From: an uncultured virus (IMG/VR IMGVR_UViG_3300037115_000242) | Taxonomy: Duplodnaviria > Heunggongvirae > Uroviricota > Caudoviricetes | Direction: 5' to 3' (one strand) | IMG/VR virus record: IMGVR_UViG_3300037115_000242 | DNA length: 64,000 nucleotides | Shown here: one piece after another, positions 27,703 through 37,548 of the stretch | How the letters are laid out: each line of letters begins with the position of its first letter | Numbering within the stretch: the stretch's first letter is position 1 | Position numbers and translations under genes: made by a program | The notes under the pieces: generated by a model | What the model was told of the DNA's origin: nothing | The model's input: only the letters and a program-made list of their open reading frames with translations | Database searches by the model: none

Positions 27703-29567
27703 TGGCTCGCCGCGTCGCAGTTATTCATCCTGATAACTCGGTCTCGCTCACTTTCGACGTCAACGCGACGTACGGGGAGAGCGACAAGTACGGGCGGTCC
27801 AAACTGCTCCGTGACTTTGTGTCGGGAATGTCCGGGGCCTCCTGGTCGAAGAAGACCACCACGTGGGAGTTGCCCGACGTCTACGACTACCGTCCGGGCA
27901 CCTTGAAGCGGCTCGGCTTCGACATCGAAGACGACGACGGGAACCCCATCAAGCGCGAGAAGCGTTCTCCGAGGCCACCACGCTCGACCGAACTGAGTCC
28001 CCTCCCCGAGACGTTCAACTTGCCGCTCTACGACTACCAGCGCGAGGGTTCACTTATCGTGGCCGAGAAGAATCGGGTACTCGCTGACGCTCCCGGCGTG
28101 GGCAAGACCAACCAGGCCCTCGCCAGTGCCGCCATGCTGAGATCGACGCGCACGCTGGTCGTGTGTCCGCCGGTCGTCGTGACCCACTGGTCGAGGACCT
28201 CTTCGAAGTCTGGCCTTGGCCCGGTGCTCGCGATCCGTGACACGGGATTCTCCACCCCTATCGAGGGAGCGACATCCACCACCCCAGCGAAGTTGAAGAG
28301 TAGCAAGACGAGTCTTCCCGACCGAGGCGTCGTGGTGGTCTCGACGTCGTTGCTGTCCCTCCAGACCGATCTTCACCAGATGATGCTGGAGTGGCAACCC
28401 ACGGTGTTCATCGTGGACGAAGCACACTCGTGTAAGACGTGGAGTTCGCTCCGTGCTCGACGGATGCGGGCCATCGCTCGGGTAACTCCCGACACCATTC
28501 CCACGACCGGCACCCCGACTCCGGCGGCGAACCCTCTGGAGATGGCCCCGCTGCTGGAGATGACCGGCGATCTCCAACGACTCTTCGGCGACTTCGAGTC
28601 GTACCGCGACGAGTTCTGCTACCGCTCGAAGTTCGGCTGGCTCCCGCGCAAGCGCGAACTCAAGCGTCTGCGCAAGATTCTCGACGAAGAGGTGTGGATT
28701 CGCCGCACTAAGGCCGAGGTGCTCCCCGGTCTCCCGCCAAAGATTCGGGTGCCGTACTGGGTCGACGCCATCAATAAGGAGTACAAGGACGCGCTCACCA
28801 AGGTCTACGCCGAGATCGACGCGTGGCTCAAGACCATGCGCTGGGACCCGAGCGACGACGAGATCACGTTGTGGGCTCAGGGCAAAGTCGGTCTCATCTC
28901 GCGTCTGCGCCAAGCCGCCGGACTCGCCAAAGTGCCCGCCGCCGTGGAGTTCGTCGCGGCGCGGCCGCAAGAGCCAATTTTGGTGTGGGCTCACCACCAA
29001 GAAGTAGTCGAGCGTCTCCACGACAGCATCCCCGGCTCCGAGATGATCTACGGCAACACCACCGACCGCGAGCGCGACCGCCTGGTCGATGCGTACGAGG
29101 CGGGCGAGATCAAGGTGCTGATTCTCTCTATCCAGAAGGTGGGAGTGGGCGTCACCTTAGTGCGCGGCAACGAGGCACTCTTCGTCGAGAGCGACTGGAC
29201 GCCGGACAACATCACCCAAGCCGAAGACCGTCAGCACCGCCCCGGACAAGAGGCCGATCACGTCACGTACACCACGATGGTCTGTGCGGGTACCATCGAC
29301 GAGAACGTACAGGCCGTGCTGACCGACAAGGTAGAGCGCCTCGACGTGCTGGTGAGCGGGGACCACGCGGTCAACACCGAGATGGAACTGACGGGCAACG
29401 TTCTCGTCAACATGGTCCGCGAACGACGTGATGCCCACTGGGGCCGCACCTCCCAGCCAATAGTGGTAGACGTGGACACCGCGTTCGAGACAGAACTCGA
29501 AGAAGAGATCAAAGCGGCCAGCGATGAGCAACGCAAAGTCCTTATCGACATGAACGAGGAGTGGTAG
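27702..29567 (+). CDS. SNF2/SWI2-family (HARP-like) helicase/translocase
   Basis: YDYQREG, LADAPGVGKT, VVCP, IVDEAH, TGTP, RRTKAEVL..LPPK, GVGVTL, QAEDRQHRPGQ. Confidence 0.9.
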   Translation: MARRVAVIHPDNSVSLTFDVNATYGESDKYGRSKLLRDFVSGMSGASWSKKTTTWELPDVYDYRPGTLKRLGFDIEDDDGNPIKREKRSPRPPRSTELSPLPETFNLPLYDYQREGSLIVAEKNRVLADAPGVGKTNQALASAAMLRSTRTLVVCPPVVVTHWSRTSSKSGLGPVLAIRDTGFSTPIEGATSTTPAKLKSSKTSLPDRGVVVVSTSLLSLQTDLHQMMLEWQPTVFIVDEAHSCKTWSSLRARRMRAIARVTPDTIPTTGTPTPAANPLEMAPLLEMTGDLQRLFGDFESYRDEFCYRSKFGWLPRKRELKRLRKILDEEVWIRRTKAEVLPGLPPKIRVPYWVDAINKEYKDALTKVYAEIDAWLKTMRWDPSDDEITLWAQGKVGLISRLRQAAGLAKVPAAVEFVAARPQEPILVWAHHQEVVERLHDSIPGSEMIYGNTTDRERDRLVDAYEAGEIKVLILSIQKVGVGVTLVRGNEALFVESDWTPDNITQAEDRQHRPGQEADHVTYTTMVCAGTIDENVQAVLTDKVERLDVLVSGDHAVNTEMELTGNVLVNMVRERRDAHWGRTSQPIVVDVDTAFETELEEEIKAASDEQRKVLIDMNEEW

Positions 29568-29604
29568 TGAGGCAACGCTCACCAAGCAGGGTTAGAACGT
29601 CACC

Positions 29605-29886
29605 ATGAGCAAAGAGATCGAGGCCGTGGCGCTCTACCTAGCCGTGCAGAAGGACAAGTCGTGGAGTCTGACGCCCGAGGACCGCGAACTACTCGACGCG
29701 CATCGCACTCTGACGGAGTGCATCAATCCCAAGAGCAAGATTCGCGCCATCGGCTGTCCCGAGTGCGGTCGAGTGGGATTCACCACGACGGCGACCATCC
29801 CGAAGTGCCGACTCACCATCAATTGCTCGGGCAAACCAGTCATCATCGTTGCCAAAGAAAAAGCAGAGGCCGAGGACTTCGAGTGA
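29605..29886 (+). CDS. Small Zn-ribbon protein
   Basis: CPECG...CRLTINC. Confidence 0.6.
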   Translation: MSKEIEAVALYLAVQKDKSWSLTPEDRELLDAHRTLTECINPKSKIRAIGCPECGRVGFTTTATIPKCRLTINCSGKPVIIVAKEKAEAEDFE

Positions 29887-29888
29887 TA

Positions 29889-30113
29889 ATGCGTCAAGTG
29901 AAGCACGTGTTCACTCCTTACGAAGAGGCGGCATCACTCAACTTCCAACTGAGGTGTCTCATGAAGCCGCAGTTACAGAAGATGTGCAAGGACGAACACA
30001 TCACCGGATTTTCTCAGATGAACCGGATGCAGATGCGTCACGCGATTCTTCGCAAGAAGTTCTCGTGGTCCAAGGATTGGTCCGAAGATTGGCTCTTGGA
30101 TTGGGTCGATTGA
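29889..30113 (+). CDS. Small hypothetical protein, possibly Rho-N/SAP-like helical
   Basis: LQKMCKDEHITGFSQMNR pattern. Confidence 0.5.
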   Translation: MRQVKHVFTPYEEAASLNFQLRCLMKPQLQKMCKDEHITGFSQMNRMQMRHAILRKKFSWSKDWSEDWLLDWVD

Positions 30114-30155
30114 TCATCCTTCGCACCCATAGTTAGGGTTAGAGACGGAGGTTTT

Positions 30156-30671
30156 ATGGTCAAGCGCCAGCCCAAAGGCACACCAGTCGGAGGTCAGTTC
30201 GCCGAAGGACGCAAGCCCGAAGGCAACGACCTCACTACCTCCTCCGTCAACCCCGGATTCGGCTCGCGCTACGGCGGCGGCGAGCACTACCTCACCGACG
30301 AGGGAGTCACCGTCACCATGTGGCGCAAGGGTCAGAAAGTCCGCTTCTATGACAACGAGGGGAACCAAGTTGGACCTGAGCAGTCCAACGTGGCTCCCGC
30401 TGTGGCGTACATCCACGCCAATGGCTGGCAATCGGAACTCGACTACACGGTCGTCAAGGCTCGCGAAGTGAAGAAGGGCGAGTACATCCTCCTGCACGGG
30501 ACTATCTGCGAGGTCATGGACGAAGCGGAGATCGAGGCCGAGGAAGACATCTTCGGCCAAAAACTCGACCGGCTTCGCCTTCGTCGCACGGACACTGACG
30601 AGGTAGGAACCATGCCCTTCGGCCCTCAAGGGATCGTGCGCTCACTGCCCTCCATGACCCGTACCAACTAA
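30156..30671 (+). CDS. Leader-tagged protein 1
   Basis: MVKRQPKGTPVGGQFAEGRKPEGNDL; motif at 30123-30131. Confidence 0.88.
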   Translation: MVKRQPKGTPVGGQFAEGRKPEGNDLTTSSVNPGFGSRYGGGEHYLTDEGVTVTMWRKGQKVRFYDNEGNQVGPEQSNVAPAVAYIHANGWQSELDYTVVKAREVKKGEYILLHGTICEVMDEAEIEAEEDIFGQKLDRLRLRRTDTDEVGTMPFGPQGIVRSLPSMTRTN

Positions 30672-30714
30672 GCGACCTGTCGCACCCATAGTGAAGGATG
30701 AGACGGAGGACCGT

Positions 30715-31518
30715 ATGACCAATCGACAGCCGAAGGGCACACCCGTGGGTGGACAGTTCTCTGAAGGACGCAAGCCGGACGGCAGCGACTTAGTGGACGA
30801 CCGCGACATTGCCACGCGGGACTACATGAACTCGCAGAGGGGGAAACAGTTGCCCGCCCGCGATTACTCCCGTGAGGCTATCGACGCGCACAAGGACGCG
30901 ATTCTCGACGCAGAGCAGAATGTGGAGTCAACCATCGGCTCCTACGCCCCGGACGCGCTTTTCAACAGCACGACCCGCGAACTTCACGACAACATGCAAA
31001 CCATCGTTGACAACCAGAAAGAGATCATCTACGAACTCGAATCGCAACTTCGCGCCATCCGCGAACAGCCGAGTCCGCGTGTCTACATTTCTCCCGACGG
31101 AAACTGGGGTGGGGCCGAAGGTCTACTTCTCTTGAGTGACGCCGACGTCGAGAAGGTAGGCGACCTGAGCGAACTGTACGAGGAGTACGGGGACAACATG
31201 ATCGACGGGGTGCGCGAGCGTCTCGAACCAAAGCCCGAGTTGGTGCTCTCCTACAACGACTGGCACGACGTCGCCGAAGCAGTGGGCAATCTCACCGACG
31301 CGTGGAATACGACTCAAAACTTCTCGCCAGAGATGGATACCGCCATGAGTCGTCTGTACTTCTCATATGACACGCCTCACGACATGGTGGTCAAGTCGAT
31401 TGTGGACATTCAGAACGCATGGCGAGATGTCGATTGGGGTGATGACCCGGACGCGGTGAAGATCGACAAACTGGTGGACTCACTCGGAGACTTCCTCACC
31501 ACCAAGGAGCCGTCATGA
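30715..31518 (+). CDS. Leader-tagged protein 2 (acidic, helical)
   Basis: MTNRQPKGTPVGGQFSEGRKPDGSDL; motif at 30682-30690; GGAGGA RBS. Confidence 0.88.
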   Translation: MTNRQPKGTPVGGQFSEGRKPDGSDLVDDRDIATRDYMNSQRGKQLPARDYSREAIDAHKDAILDAEQNVESTIGSYAPDALFNSTTRELHDNMQTIVDNQKEIIYELESQLRAIREQPSPRVYISPDGNWGGAEGLLLLSDADVEKVGDLSELYEEYGDNMIDGVRERLEPKPELVLSYNDWHDVAEAVGNLTDAWNTTQNFSPEMDTAMSRLYFSYDTPHDMVVKSIVDIQNAWRDVDWGDDPDAVKIDKLVDSLGDFLTTKEPS

Positions 31519-32204
31519 CCAACCGCCAACCCAAGGGCACACCCGTGGGTGGACAGTTCTCAGAAGGACGTAAGCCCGAAGGCGGAGACCTCTACGACGA
31601 GGTAAACGACAGTGTTGAGGTCGAGGAGTTCGAGGGTAACCTCACCGCATCCTACGAGGGGTACGTCTTCACCATCTCACCGCCGGACCCCGAGGCGCAT
31701 CGCGCTCATTGGACCGCAGAGTTTCGCGCCGACGAAAGTTCCGTCGAGCAGTACGCGACCAAGGGGGAGTTCGCTTCTTTCGAAGAGGCCACCGACCTGT
31801 TCAAGGAATGGCCCGCAGTCGTGAAGTCGATGACACACGCCAATGACGGATTGAAGGCCAGCGCCGGAGACCTCGAACTCACGGAACGACTCAATGATGT
31901 CCATATCCTGTGGCAGGAATTCGACGACAACGAGCAACTCTACGACGGAGAGTTTGAGCAAATCTATGCCGTGTTAGATGAGGCTACTCGACGACTCGAC
32001 GGCGACCCGAACGATCCGACATCTACCAACGCGAAGAACCTCGAACTCTCTGACAAAGTACACAACGCACACATTTTGATTCTGAACTTCGACAAGGACG
32101 GCACAGCGATCAGCCGAGATGACTTCGACTACATCACTGAGGCCATTGAGGAAGCCCGAGAGACGCTGGGGGCTGGTGGTCCTCACGGGGCCGTCGCCGA
32201 GTAA
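31515..32204 (+). CDS. Leader-tagged protein 3 (very acidic, internal helical duplication)
   Basis: Leader; ATGA-coupled; LELTERLN.. and LELSDKVH.. repeats. Confidence 0.88.
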   Translation: MTNRQPKGTPVGGQFSEGRKPEGGDLYDEVNDSVEVEEFEGNLTASYEGYVFTISPPDPEAHRAHWTAEFRADESSVEQYATKGEFASFEEATDLFKEWPAVVKSMTHANDGLKASAGDLELTERLNDVHILWQEFDDNEQLYDGEFEQIYAVLDEATRRLDGDPNDPTSTNAKNLELSDKVHNAHILILNFDKDGTAISRDDFDYITEAIEEARETLGAGGPHGAVAE

Positions 32205-32206
32205 CG

Positions 32207-32920
32207 ATGAACCGGCAACCTAAGGGCTCGCCGGTCGGTGGTCAGTTCGCGCAAGGTCGCAAACCTGACGGACCAGAACTCGACTTCGAGGATGACGAGT
32301 TTGAGATCACCACTCTTGAGCATGACGGTCTTCCTGCGGCGACGTTCTCGCACGTAGTCCACATCGGATCGCTCGACGCGGACGAGAAGCGGGGGTGGTC
32401 GCTCGAAGGCGATGGTCTTTCCGTGTCAACGGAACCCGAGGCGTGGGAAGAGATCGCTGGTCTCGGAGGCAATCAGTGGTGGACGCTCACCAAGAGCAAC
32501 AATGTCTTTCTGGATGCGCACGAACTCTCCGACGAGCAGCGTGACGTCATCAACAATTGGGGTGTTGAACGCGGCTATCTGGTCAAGCAGGACGGCTGGC
32601 GTATCGAGTGGTTCGACGACGAGATGGATGACACCATGAGCACTGTCCTCGACACCGAAGAAGAAGCGCGGGAGGAACTCGACACAATGGAGGTCGATCA
32701 AGAGCCGGTCCTCGTCGAGCAACTCGTCGCTGGTCCGAACTTTCCCGATGCGGCGGGAGCAAGCAACGCGGATCAGGTCATTTTGTCCGTATGGGCTGAC
32801 GAAATGTCCGACTTCGATGGCGTGTGGTGGAATGACGACCTCGCGCCCGAGCATCTCAGTGCTCCCCGAGCCGTCATTTTCAAGAGCAGACTGGCGGAGT
32901 GGGGTCGCACCCATAACTAG
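32207..32920 (+). CDS. Leader-tagged protein 4 (very acidic)
   Basis: MNRQPKGSPVGGQFAQGRKPDGPEL; VHIG...SLEGDGLSVS..PEAW; FDGVWW. Confidence 0.88.
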   Translation: MNRQPKGSPVGGQFAQGRKPDGPELDFEDDEFEITTLEHDGLPAATFSHVVHIGSLDADEKRGWSLEGDGLSVSTEPEAWEEIAGLGGNQWWTLTKSNNVFLDAHELSDEQRDVINNWGVERGYLVKQDGWRIEWFDDEMDDTMSTVLDTEEEAREELDTMEVDQEPVLVEQLVAGPNFPDAAGASNADQVILSVWADEMSDFDGVWWNDDLAPEHLSAPRAVIFKSRLAEWGRTHN

Positions 32921-32924
32921 AGAT

Positions 32925-34040
32925 ATGACTAAGCGCCAGCCCAAGGGCACTCCCGTAGGTGGACAGTTCGCCGAAGATCGCAAACCAGATGGTGCCGACC
33001 TGGTGAGACTTCCTGACGGTCGCGAGTTCCCCAGTGACTATGAAGATGAGTTACGTGGTGAGACAGCGGCTCACGAACGTTCTGAGCCGAACGAGCACTC
33101 AATGCCGTCTGCTCTGGCCGGAAATGTCTCAAACGTGCAGGTGGGCTCACGAACTCCGTGGGGAACTGCCGACTACGTGAACCACATCGCACCAGGCATC
33201 GTCTCGGTCGCCACGCCGGGACACGGCGGAGTCAAACTCTCGCCCGAGCGCAACAAGAAGGTGCCCGTACCTTTGCGCACGAAGTCGGGCTGGTACGAAG
33301 AGGACTGCGAAGCGTACATCCCCATGATGGTCCACGCGGGTGACATGAAGCGAACGGGCGAGTCCACCGAAGACGCATTCAAGCGATCCGAACTCGGCGT
33401 CATGAACTGGTTCCCCGAGGGATACGAGGAGGCTTACTCGGTGGAGTTGCCCGTCGGCGCGTCACTCATGAAGGACGAAAAGACCTGGCTGACGACACAC
33501 GCTCTCGACGAGATCGCGATCTCCGCCATTGGGACGGGTGACGGAATGGTCAAGGTCACGGTCTGCGTAGGTGGTCGCGCCAAGTACGGACACGATGGAG
33601 TATCCGAGCGCGAGATTCTCGTTCCTAAAGAGGAGTACGACAGCCCTGATTTCCGTCACCCCATCGGTAAGCACAGCGGGTCGTTCGTGGTGGATTCTCG
33701 ACAGAACTACGAGGACGTAACTCCACCGCCGAAGGCCCCGAACCCTCCGGCCCCGCGCTATCGCGAGATCAATTTAGGGTTAGTAACGAACGCTCAACGT
33801 GAGAGAGCCCAACGCGACCTGGACAAGAGATATCGCTTCAGTAACGGCAGTGTCCAATCAGTGCGTGAGGTCATCGAGAGTGGTGGCATCGCCAGCAAGT
33901 CGTCAATGGAGAACAACGGTCGACGCACCTACTACCTACGACGAGCGATTGAGGCCGAGGGAGAACCGGGACAGGACACCTTCAACGCTCTGGAGGTTTC
34001 CAAGGCTCTATGGGACGCGGTCGTCGCGCCAGCGAATTAG
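32925..34040 (+). CDS. Leader-tagged protein 5 with DUF7007-like domain
   Basis: MTKRQPKGTPVGGQFAEDRKPDGADL; TPWG..APGI..TPGHGG..LSPERN..GWYEEDCE; ATG 7 nt after CATAAC. Confidence 0.85.
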   Translation: MTKRQPKGTPVGGQFAEDRKPDGADLVRLPDGREFPSDYEDELRGETAAHERSEPNEHSMPSALAGNVSNVQVGSRTPWGTADYVNHIAPGIVSVATPGHGGVKLSPERNKKVPVPLRTKSGWYEEDCEAYIPMMVHAGDMKRTGESTEDAFKRSELGVMNWFPEGYEEAYSVELPVGASLMKDEKTWLTTHALDEIAISAIGTGDGMVKVTVCVGGRAKYGHDGVSEREILVPKEEYDSPDFRHPIGKHSGSFVVDSRQNYEDVTPPPKAPNPPAPRYREINLGLVTNAQRERAQRDLDKRYRFSNGSVQSVREVIESGGIASKSSMENNGRRTYYLRRAIEAEGEPGQDTFNALEVSKALWDAVVAPAN

Positions 34041-34063
34041 TTTTCGCACCCATAACTAGAGGT

Positions 34064-34306
34064 ATGACTAAGCGACAGCCAAAGGGCACACCAGTGGGCG
34101 GGCAGTTCGCCGAAGGCCGCAAGCCCGAGGGTGCAGAACTGACTACCTCTCCCGATGAAAAGACGACCACCGTCAAGTGCTCAGACTGTCAAACGGAAAT
34201 CGATCCACTTGACGTGTTCCCCGAGGGGCGTTGTCTCAACTGTCATGCAGCCGTGACGCCGATGCCCACCGCCGAAGAAGTTCGACGAGCATGGGGGGTT
34301 CGATGA
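34064..34306 (+). CDS. Leader-tagged protein 6 (Zn finger)
   Basis: Leader, CSDC...CLNC; ATG 7 nt after CATAAC. Confidence 0.85.
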   Translation: MTKRQPKGTPVGGQFAEGRKPEGAELTTSPDEKTTTVKCSDCQTEIDPLDVFPEGRCLNCHAAVTPMPTAEEVRRAWGVR

Positions 34307-34851
34307 CCACACGTCAGCCCAAGGGCACCCCCGTCGGTGGACAGTTCGCAGAAGGACGCAAGCCCGAAGGGGTCGTGTTAGCGCCGGTTTCACCGCTGTT
34401 CAATAAGGCCACCGTCGTCGATCACCAACGTCAGGTCAAGATACTCGAAGCGGAGATCGAAGACCTCTATCAGGACGCCTTCGTCAACGACACGAAGCCC
34501 GACAGTAGCGATCTACTTGCTTTGAAGAACGACTTGATTCATCAGCAGCACGAGATCATCCGCAAGCAGGCCAAGGAACTCGCAGACCTCCAGAGAGATG
34601 CTGGTGACTTTCAACTGCGTGGCATCATTCGTGCCAACGTTCGCGACCGTCTATCCAACGTCGTTGATCTTGGCGATGATGATGCCCGTATCCGCGAGTT
34701 CTACGCTCAGATTGACGAACTTATGGAGCACCACTTCGCTAGGTTCGCCCCTGAGGAGAATGATGCGCTAGACGGCGTTGCGGCATCGGAGACGAACTTC
34801 TTCATGAAGCGGCTCGACCTCGACACGATGTCACTGAAAAAGGATGCGTAA
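34303..34851 (+). CDS. Leader-tagged protein 7 (coiled coil)
   Basis: MTTRQPKGTPVGGQFAEGRKPEG; ATGA-coupled. Confidence 0.87.
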   Translation: MTTRQPKGTPVGGQFAEGRKPEGVVLAPVSPLFNKATVVDHQRQVKILEAEIEDLYQDAFVNDTKPDSSDLLALKNDLIHQQHEIIRKQAKELADLQRDAGDFQLRGIIRANVRDRLSNVVDLGDDDARIREFYAQIDELMEHHFARFAPEENDALDGVAASETNFFMKRLDLDTMSLKKDA

Positions 34852-35705
34852 TGACCAATCGACAGCCCAAGGGCTCACCCGTAGGTGGACAGTTCGCAGA
34901 AGGACGCAAGCCCGAAGGCGGAGACCTTTCCGTCACCGGGGAGAACGATGCGAACATGGAACTTGCCGAGCGACTGAACCGACTCGACTGCATGATGCAA
35001 GACCTCGAAGAGTTCGGAGCATCCGTTCTCGATGGGGAGATGTCCTTCATCCACGCCACTCTCACGGATGCTCGTACCGCCCTCGCCGAGCCTGGTGCCA
35101 CCTTCGAAGGCAGGTACAAGGACACGTTGCCCGACGTGAATCAAGAAGATGGCGTCTTCACTCTTGGCGATCACACCTATGAGTTCAAAAAGACGGGACC
35201 AGAGAACGACATCACGGAGTACACACTCACCAACGCCGAGGGTGGCGGAGGATGGCGTTTCGGCTACGACCGCCTGACCCGTCGCGTCACGGCGCATGGC
35301 GTCGCTCCAGTTCGCCCCTCGGCGGAGTGGCGTGACAAAGGTGAGGCGGACATCCGCACCGTGGCTCGCTTGTTCGAACCAGACGCGAGACTGATTCAAC
35401 TCGATGGCGAGACATATCTCATCGGCGGAAATCCGTGGCCCCTCAGCCCCTCACACCTGCAAGGAATCGCTACCGGCGAGATGATGCTGAACAGTGGCAA
35501 GACCGAGCATGACCTTCGCGCCTACGTGTCCCAGCAGCGCAGCGACACGGCCCGAAGTGAGACCGAGCGTCCTGACATGGCGAAGTCGTTCGCGGAGACG
35601 CGTAGTTACATCGACGGAATTGAGATCGCCATCAACCTCGGCGAGGAAGCGGCGAAAGCCAACACCGTGGGTGCAATGGACGCACGCTTCAAGGAGAAGT
35701 CATGA
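34851..35705 (+). CDS. Leader-tagged protein 8
   Basis: Leader; TAATG-coupled; MELAERLN..DGE.. shared with protein 3. Confidence 0.87.
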   Translation: MTNRQPKGSPVGGQFAEGRKPEGGDLSVTGENDANMELAERLNRLDCMMQDLEEFGASVLDGEMSFIHATLTDARTALAEPGATFEGRYKDTLPDVNQEDGVFTLGDHTYEFKKTGPENDITEYTLTNAEGGGGWRFGYDRLTRRVTAHGVAPVRPSAEWRDKGEADIRTVARLFEPDARLIQLDGETYLIGGNPWPLSPSHLQGIATGEMMLNSGKTEHDLRAYVSQQRSDTARSETERPDMAKSFAETRSYIDGIEIAINLGEEAAKANTVGAMDARFKEKS

Positions 35706-36196
35706 CCAATCGACAGCCCAAGGGCACACCCGTTGGTGGACAGTTCGCAGAAGGACGCAAGCCCGAGGGTGCTGATCTAGCATTCGTTAATCCTGACTTC
35801 AGTGTCAGGAATGAAGGAGCGAGCGCAGTGGTCTTAACTCCCGAGCAAGAAGAGGTAGCCGCTGCCTACAAGGTCGCGGCGCTCTGGTCGACCAGTGGTG
35901 ACGACGACGAGCCGTTAGACGCCGAATACGGGATCGACCAGATCAGCGAAGAATCCAATGAGGAGATCGCCAAGGACGTCGTCGAGTTTTGGGAGCGAGC
36001 GAAGGCCGAAGGTCTCACCGAGCATTGGACACCGGGGCAGTTCGGCCACGACTTCTATCTGACGCGGGCGGGGCACGGAGCCGGATTTTGGGATCGAGGA
36101 TTCGGCTACGCGGGCGGGCGTCTCACCGAGATGGCCAAGTCCTACAAGGAAAAGACCCCTATCGTCGGGGACGACGGTTCAATCTATTTCGAGTAA
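35702..36196 (+). CDS. Leader-tagged protein 9 (phage-type domain)
   Basis: Leader; AALWS, GHDFYLTRAGHGAGFWDR. Confidence 0.87.
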   Translation: MTNRQPKGTPVGGQFAEGRKPEGADLAFVNPDFSVRNEGASAVVLTPEQEEVAAAYKVAALWSTSGDDDEPLDAEYGIDQISEESNEEIAKDVVEFWERAKAEGLTEHWTPGQFGHDFYLTRAGHGAGFWDRGFGYAGGRLTEMAKSYKEKTPIVGDDGSIYFE

Positions 36197-36238
36197 TCCT
36201 CTGTCGCACCCATAGTGAAGGATGAGACGGAGGATCGT

Positions 36239-36748
36239 ATGACCAATCGCCAACCCAAGGGAACGCCAGTGGGTGGACAGTTCGCGGAAGGTCGCAAGCC
36301 CGAGGGTGGCGACTTGGAAGTTTCAAGCACATCCGTCGAGCCTCTCAAGAAGAAAATCTCGTTCGGAAAAGTTGACGGCTACGGCAACGGTCGCAAGAGT
36401 TGCTCCGTCGATGTTCAGGTCTCCATCTCGGAGAACAACGAAGGTCAAGCACGGTTGAGCATCCAGGGCAACGTATGGAACGCAGGCCACACTGACATCA
36501 TCAGTGGCGGGCAGAACGTTGACGAAATGTTGCGACTCGTCGATGACCCCAAGATGCGCGAGATCGCCGAAGTGTGGAAACGTTGGCATCTCAACGACAT
36601 GCGTGTCGGGTGTGAACACCAGCGGACGCAGCCGAAGGGCTCTGTCGAGGTTGGACAGGAATGTCCCGAATGCAGTTATCGCTACGGTTCGGCGTGGCTC
36701 TACGAGGAACTCCCACCGGAGGTCATCGAGCAAGTGAGGTCGTGGTGA
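36239..36748 (+). CDS. Leader-tagged protein 10 (phage-type domain)
   Basis: Leader; WKRWHLNDMRVGCEHQ, CPEC.YRYGSAW; motif at 36206-36214. Confidence 0.87.
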   Translation: MTNRQPKGTPVGGQFAEGRKPEGGDLEVSSTSVEPLKKKISFGKVDGYGNGRKSCSVDVQVSISENNEGQARLSIQGNVWNAGHTDIISGGQNVDEMLRLVDDPKMREIAEVWKRWHLNDMRVGCEHQRTQPKGSVEVGQECPECSYRYGSAWLYEELPPEVIEQVRSW

Positions 36749-37548
36749 CAAATCGCCAGCCCAAGGGCACACCCGTGGGAGGTCAGTTCTCCGAAGGCCG
36801 TAAGCCCGAGGGCGACGACCTGACCAACATCGAAGTTGATGGAGTTACGGTTGCCGGATATCGCCACGTGGACATCGACGGCAATACCGAGACTCTCAAC
36901 GCGGGCAACCAGTGCATCTCGTGTGGCCGGAGCAGTGGCCTCGTCAATCGCGTCTCGTCAGAGCGTTCGAGTGAGGACGGCATCCGTGTCGCGGGCTATA
37001 TGTGCGCGGAGTGCGACGGCTGTGAGGACGGAACAACCCTTCGTTGGTGCAGCGAATGTGGGGACTTCACCGCTGGAGATGAAGAAGGCGTCTGTCACGA
37101 GTGTGGCAGTGAGCAAGACGGCTCTGTTCCCACCGATGGCGTTGACGAAGACTCCTACCTTGCACGTTGTACCCAGTGCACGGGTGAGACGACCTTCGAC
37201 TTCGAGGTGTTCGCACACCGACTGAAGGGCGACAACTTGATGACCAAAGTTGGGACGACCTACGGAGAAGTCAAGATTGGCGAATGGGTGCCAGCGGTGT
37301 TCCCCGAGACCTTGATGCAGATTTTGAGGATAGAGCACGAAGGTCCAGAGGACTACGAAGGGTGGAGTGCACAGAGCCTCGCTCAGATTCTCAAAGAGCG
37401 TGATCTCACGACGGCCAAGGTAACGGACGTGCTCGACATCTTCAATGACGGCAGTGGTGACGTCGCGTCGGTGGCCTTCGATCCAAAACGCGGCATCAAC
37501 CAAGTCATGCTGGAGATCAACGGAACGTTGGAGAGGATCACGCAATGA
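36745..37548 (+). CDS. Leader-tagged protein 11 (multiple CxxC)
   Basis: GTG start coupled by GTGA; leader; CISC, CAEC, CSEC, CHEC, CTQC. Confidence 0.85.
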   Translation: MTNRQPKGTPVGGQFSEGRKPEGDDLTNIEVDGVTVAGYRHVDIDGNTETLNAGNQCISCGRSSGLVNRVSSERSSEDGIRVAGYMCAECDGCEDGTTLRWCSECGDFTAGDEEGVCHECGSEQDGSVPTDGVDEDSYLARCTQCTGETTFDFEVFAHRLKGDNLMTKVGTTYGEVKIGEWVPAVFPETLMQILRIEHEGPEDYEGWSAQSLAQILKERDLTTAKVTDVLDIFNDGSGDVASVAFDPKRGINQVMLEINGTLERITQ

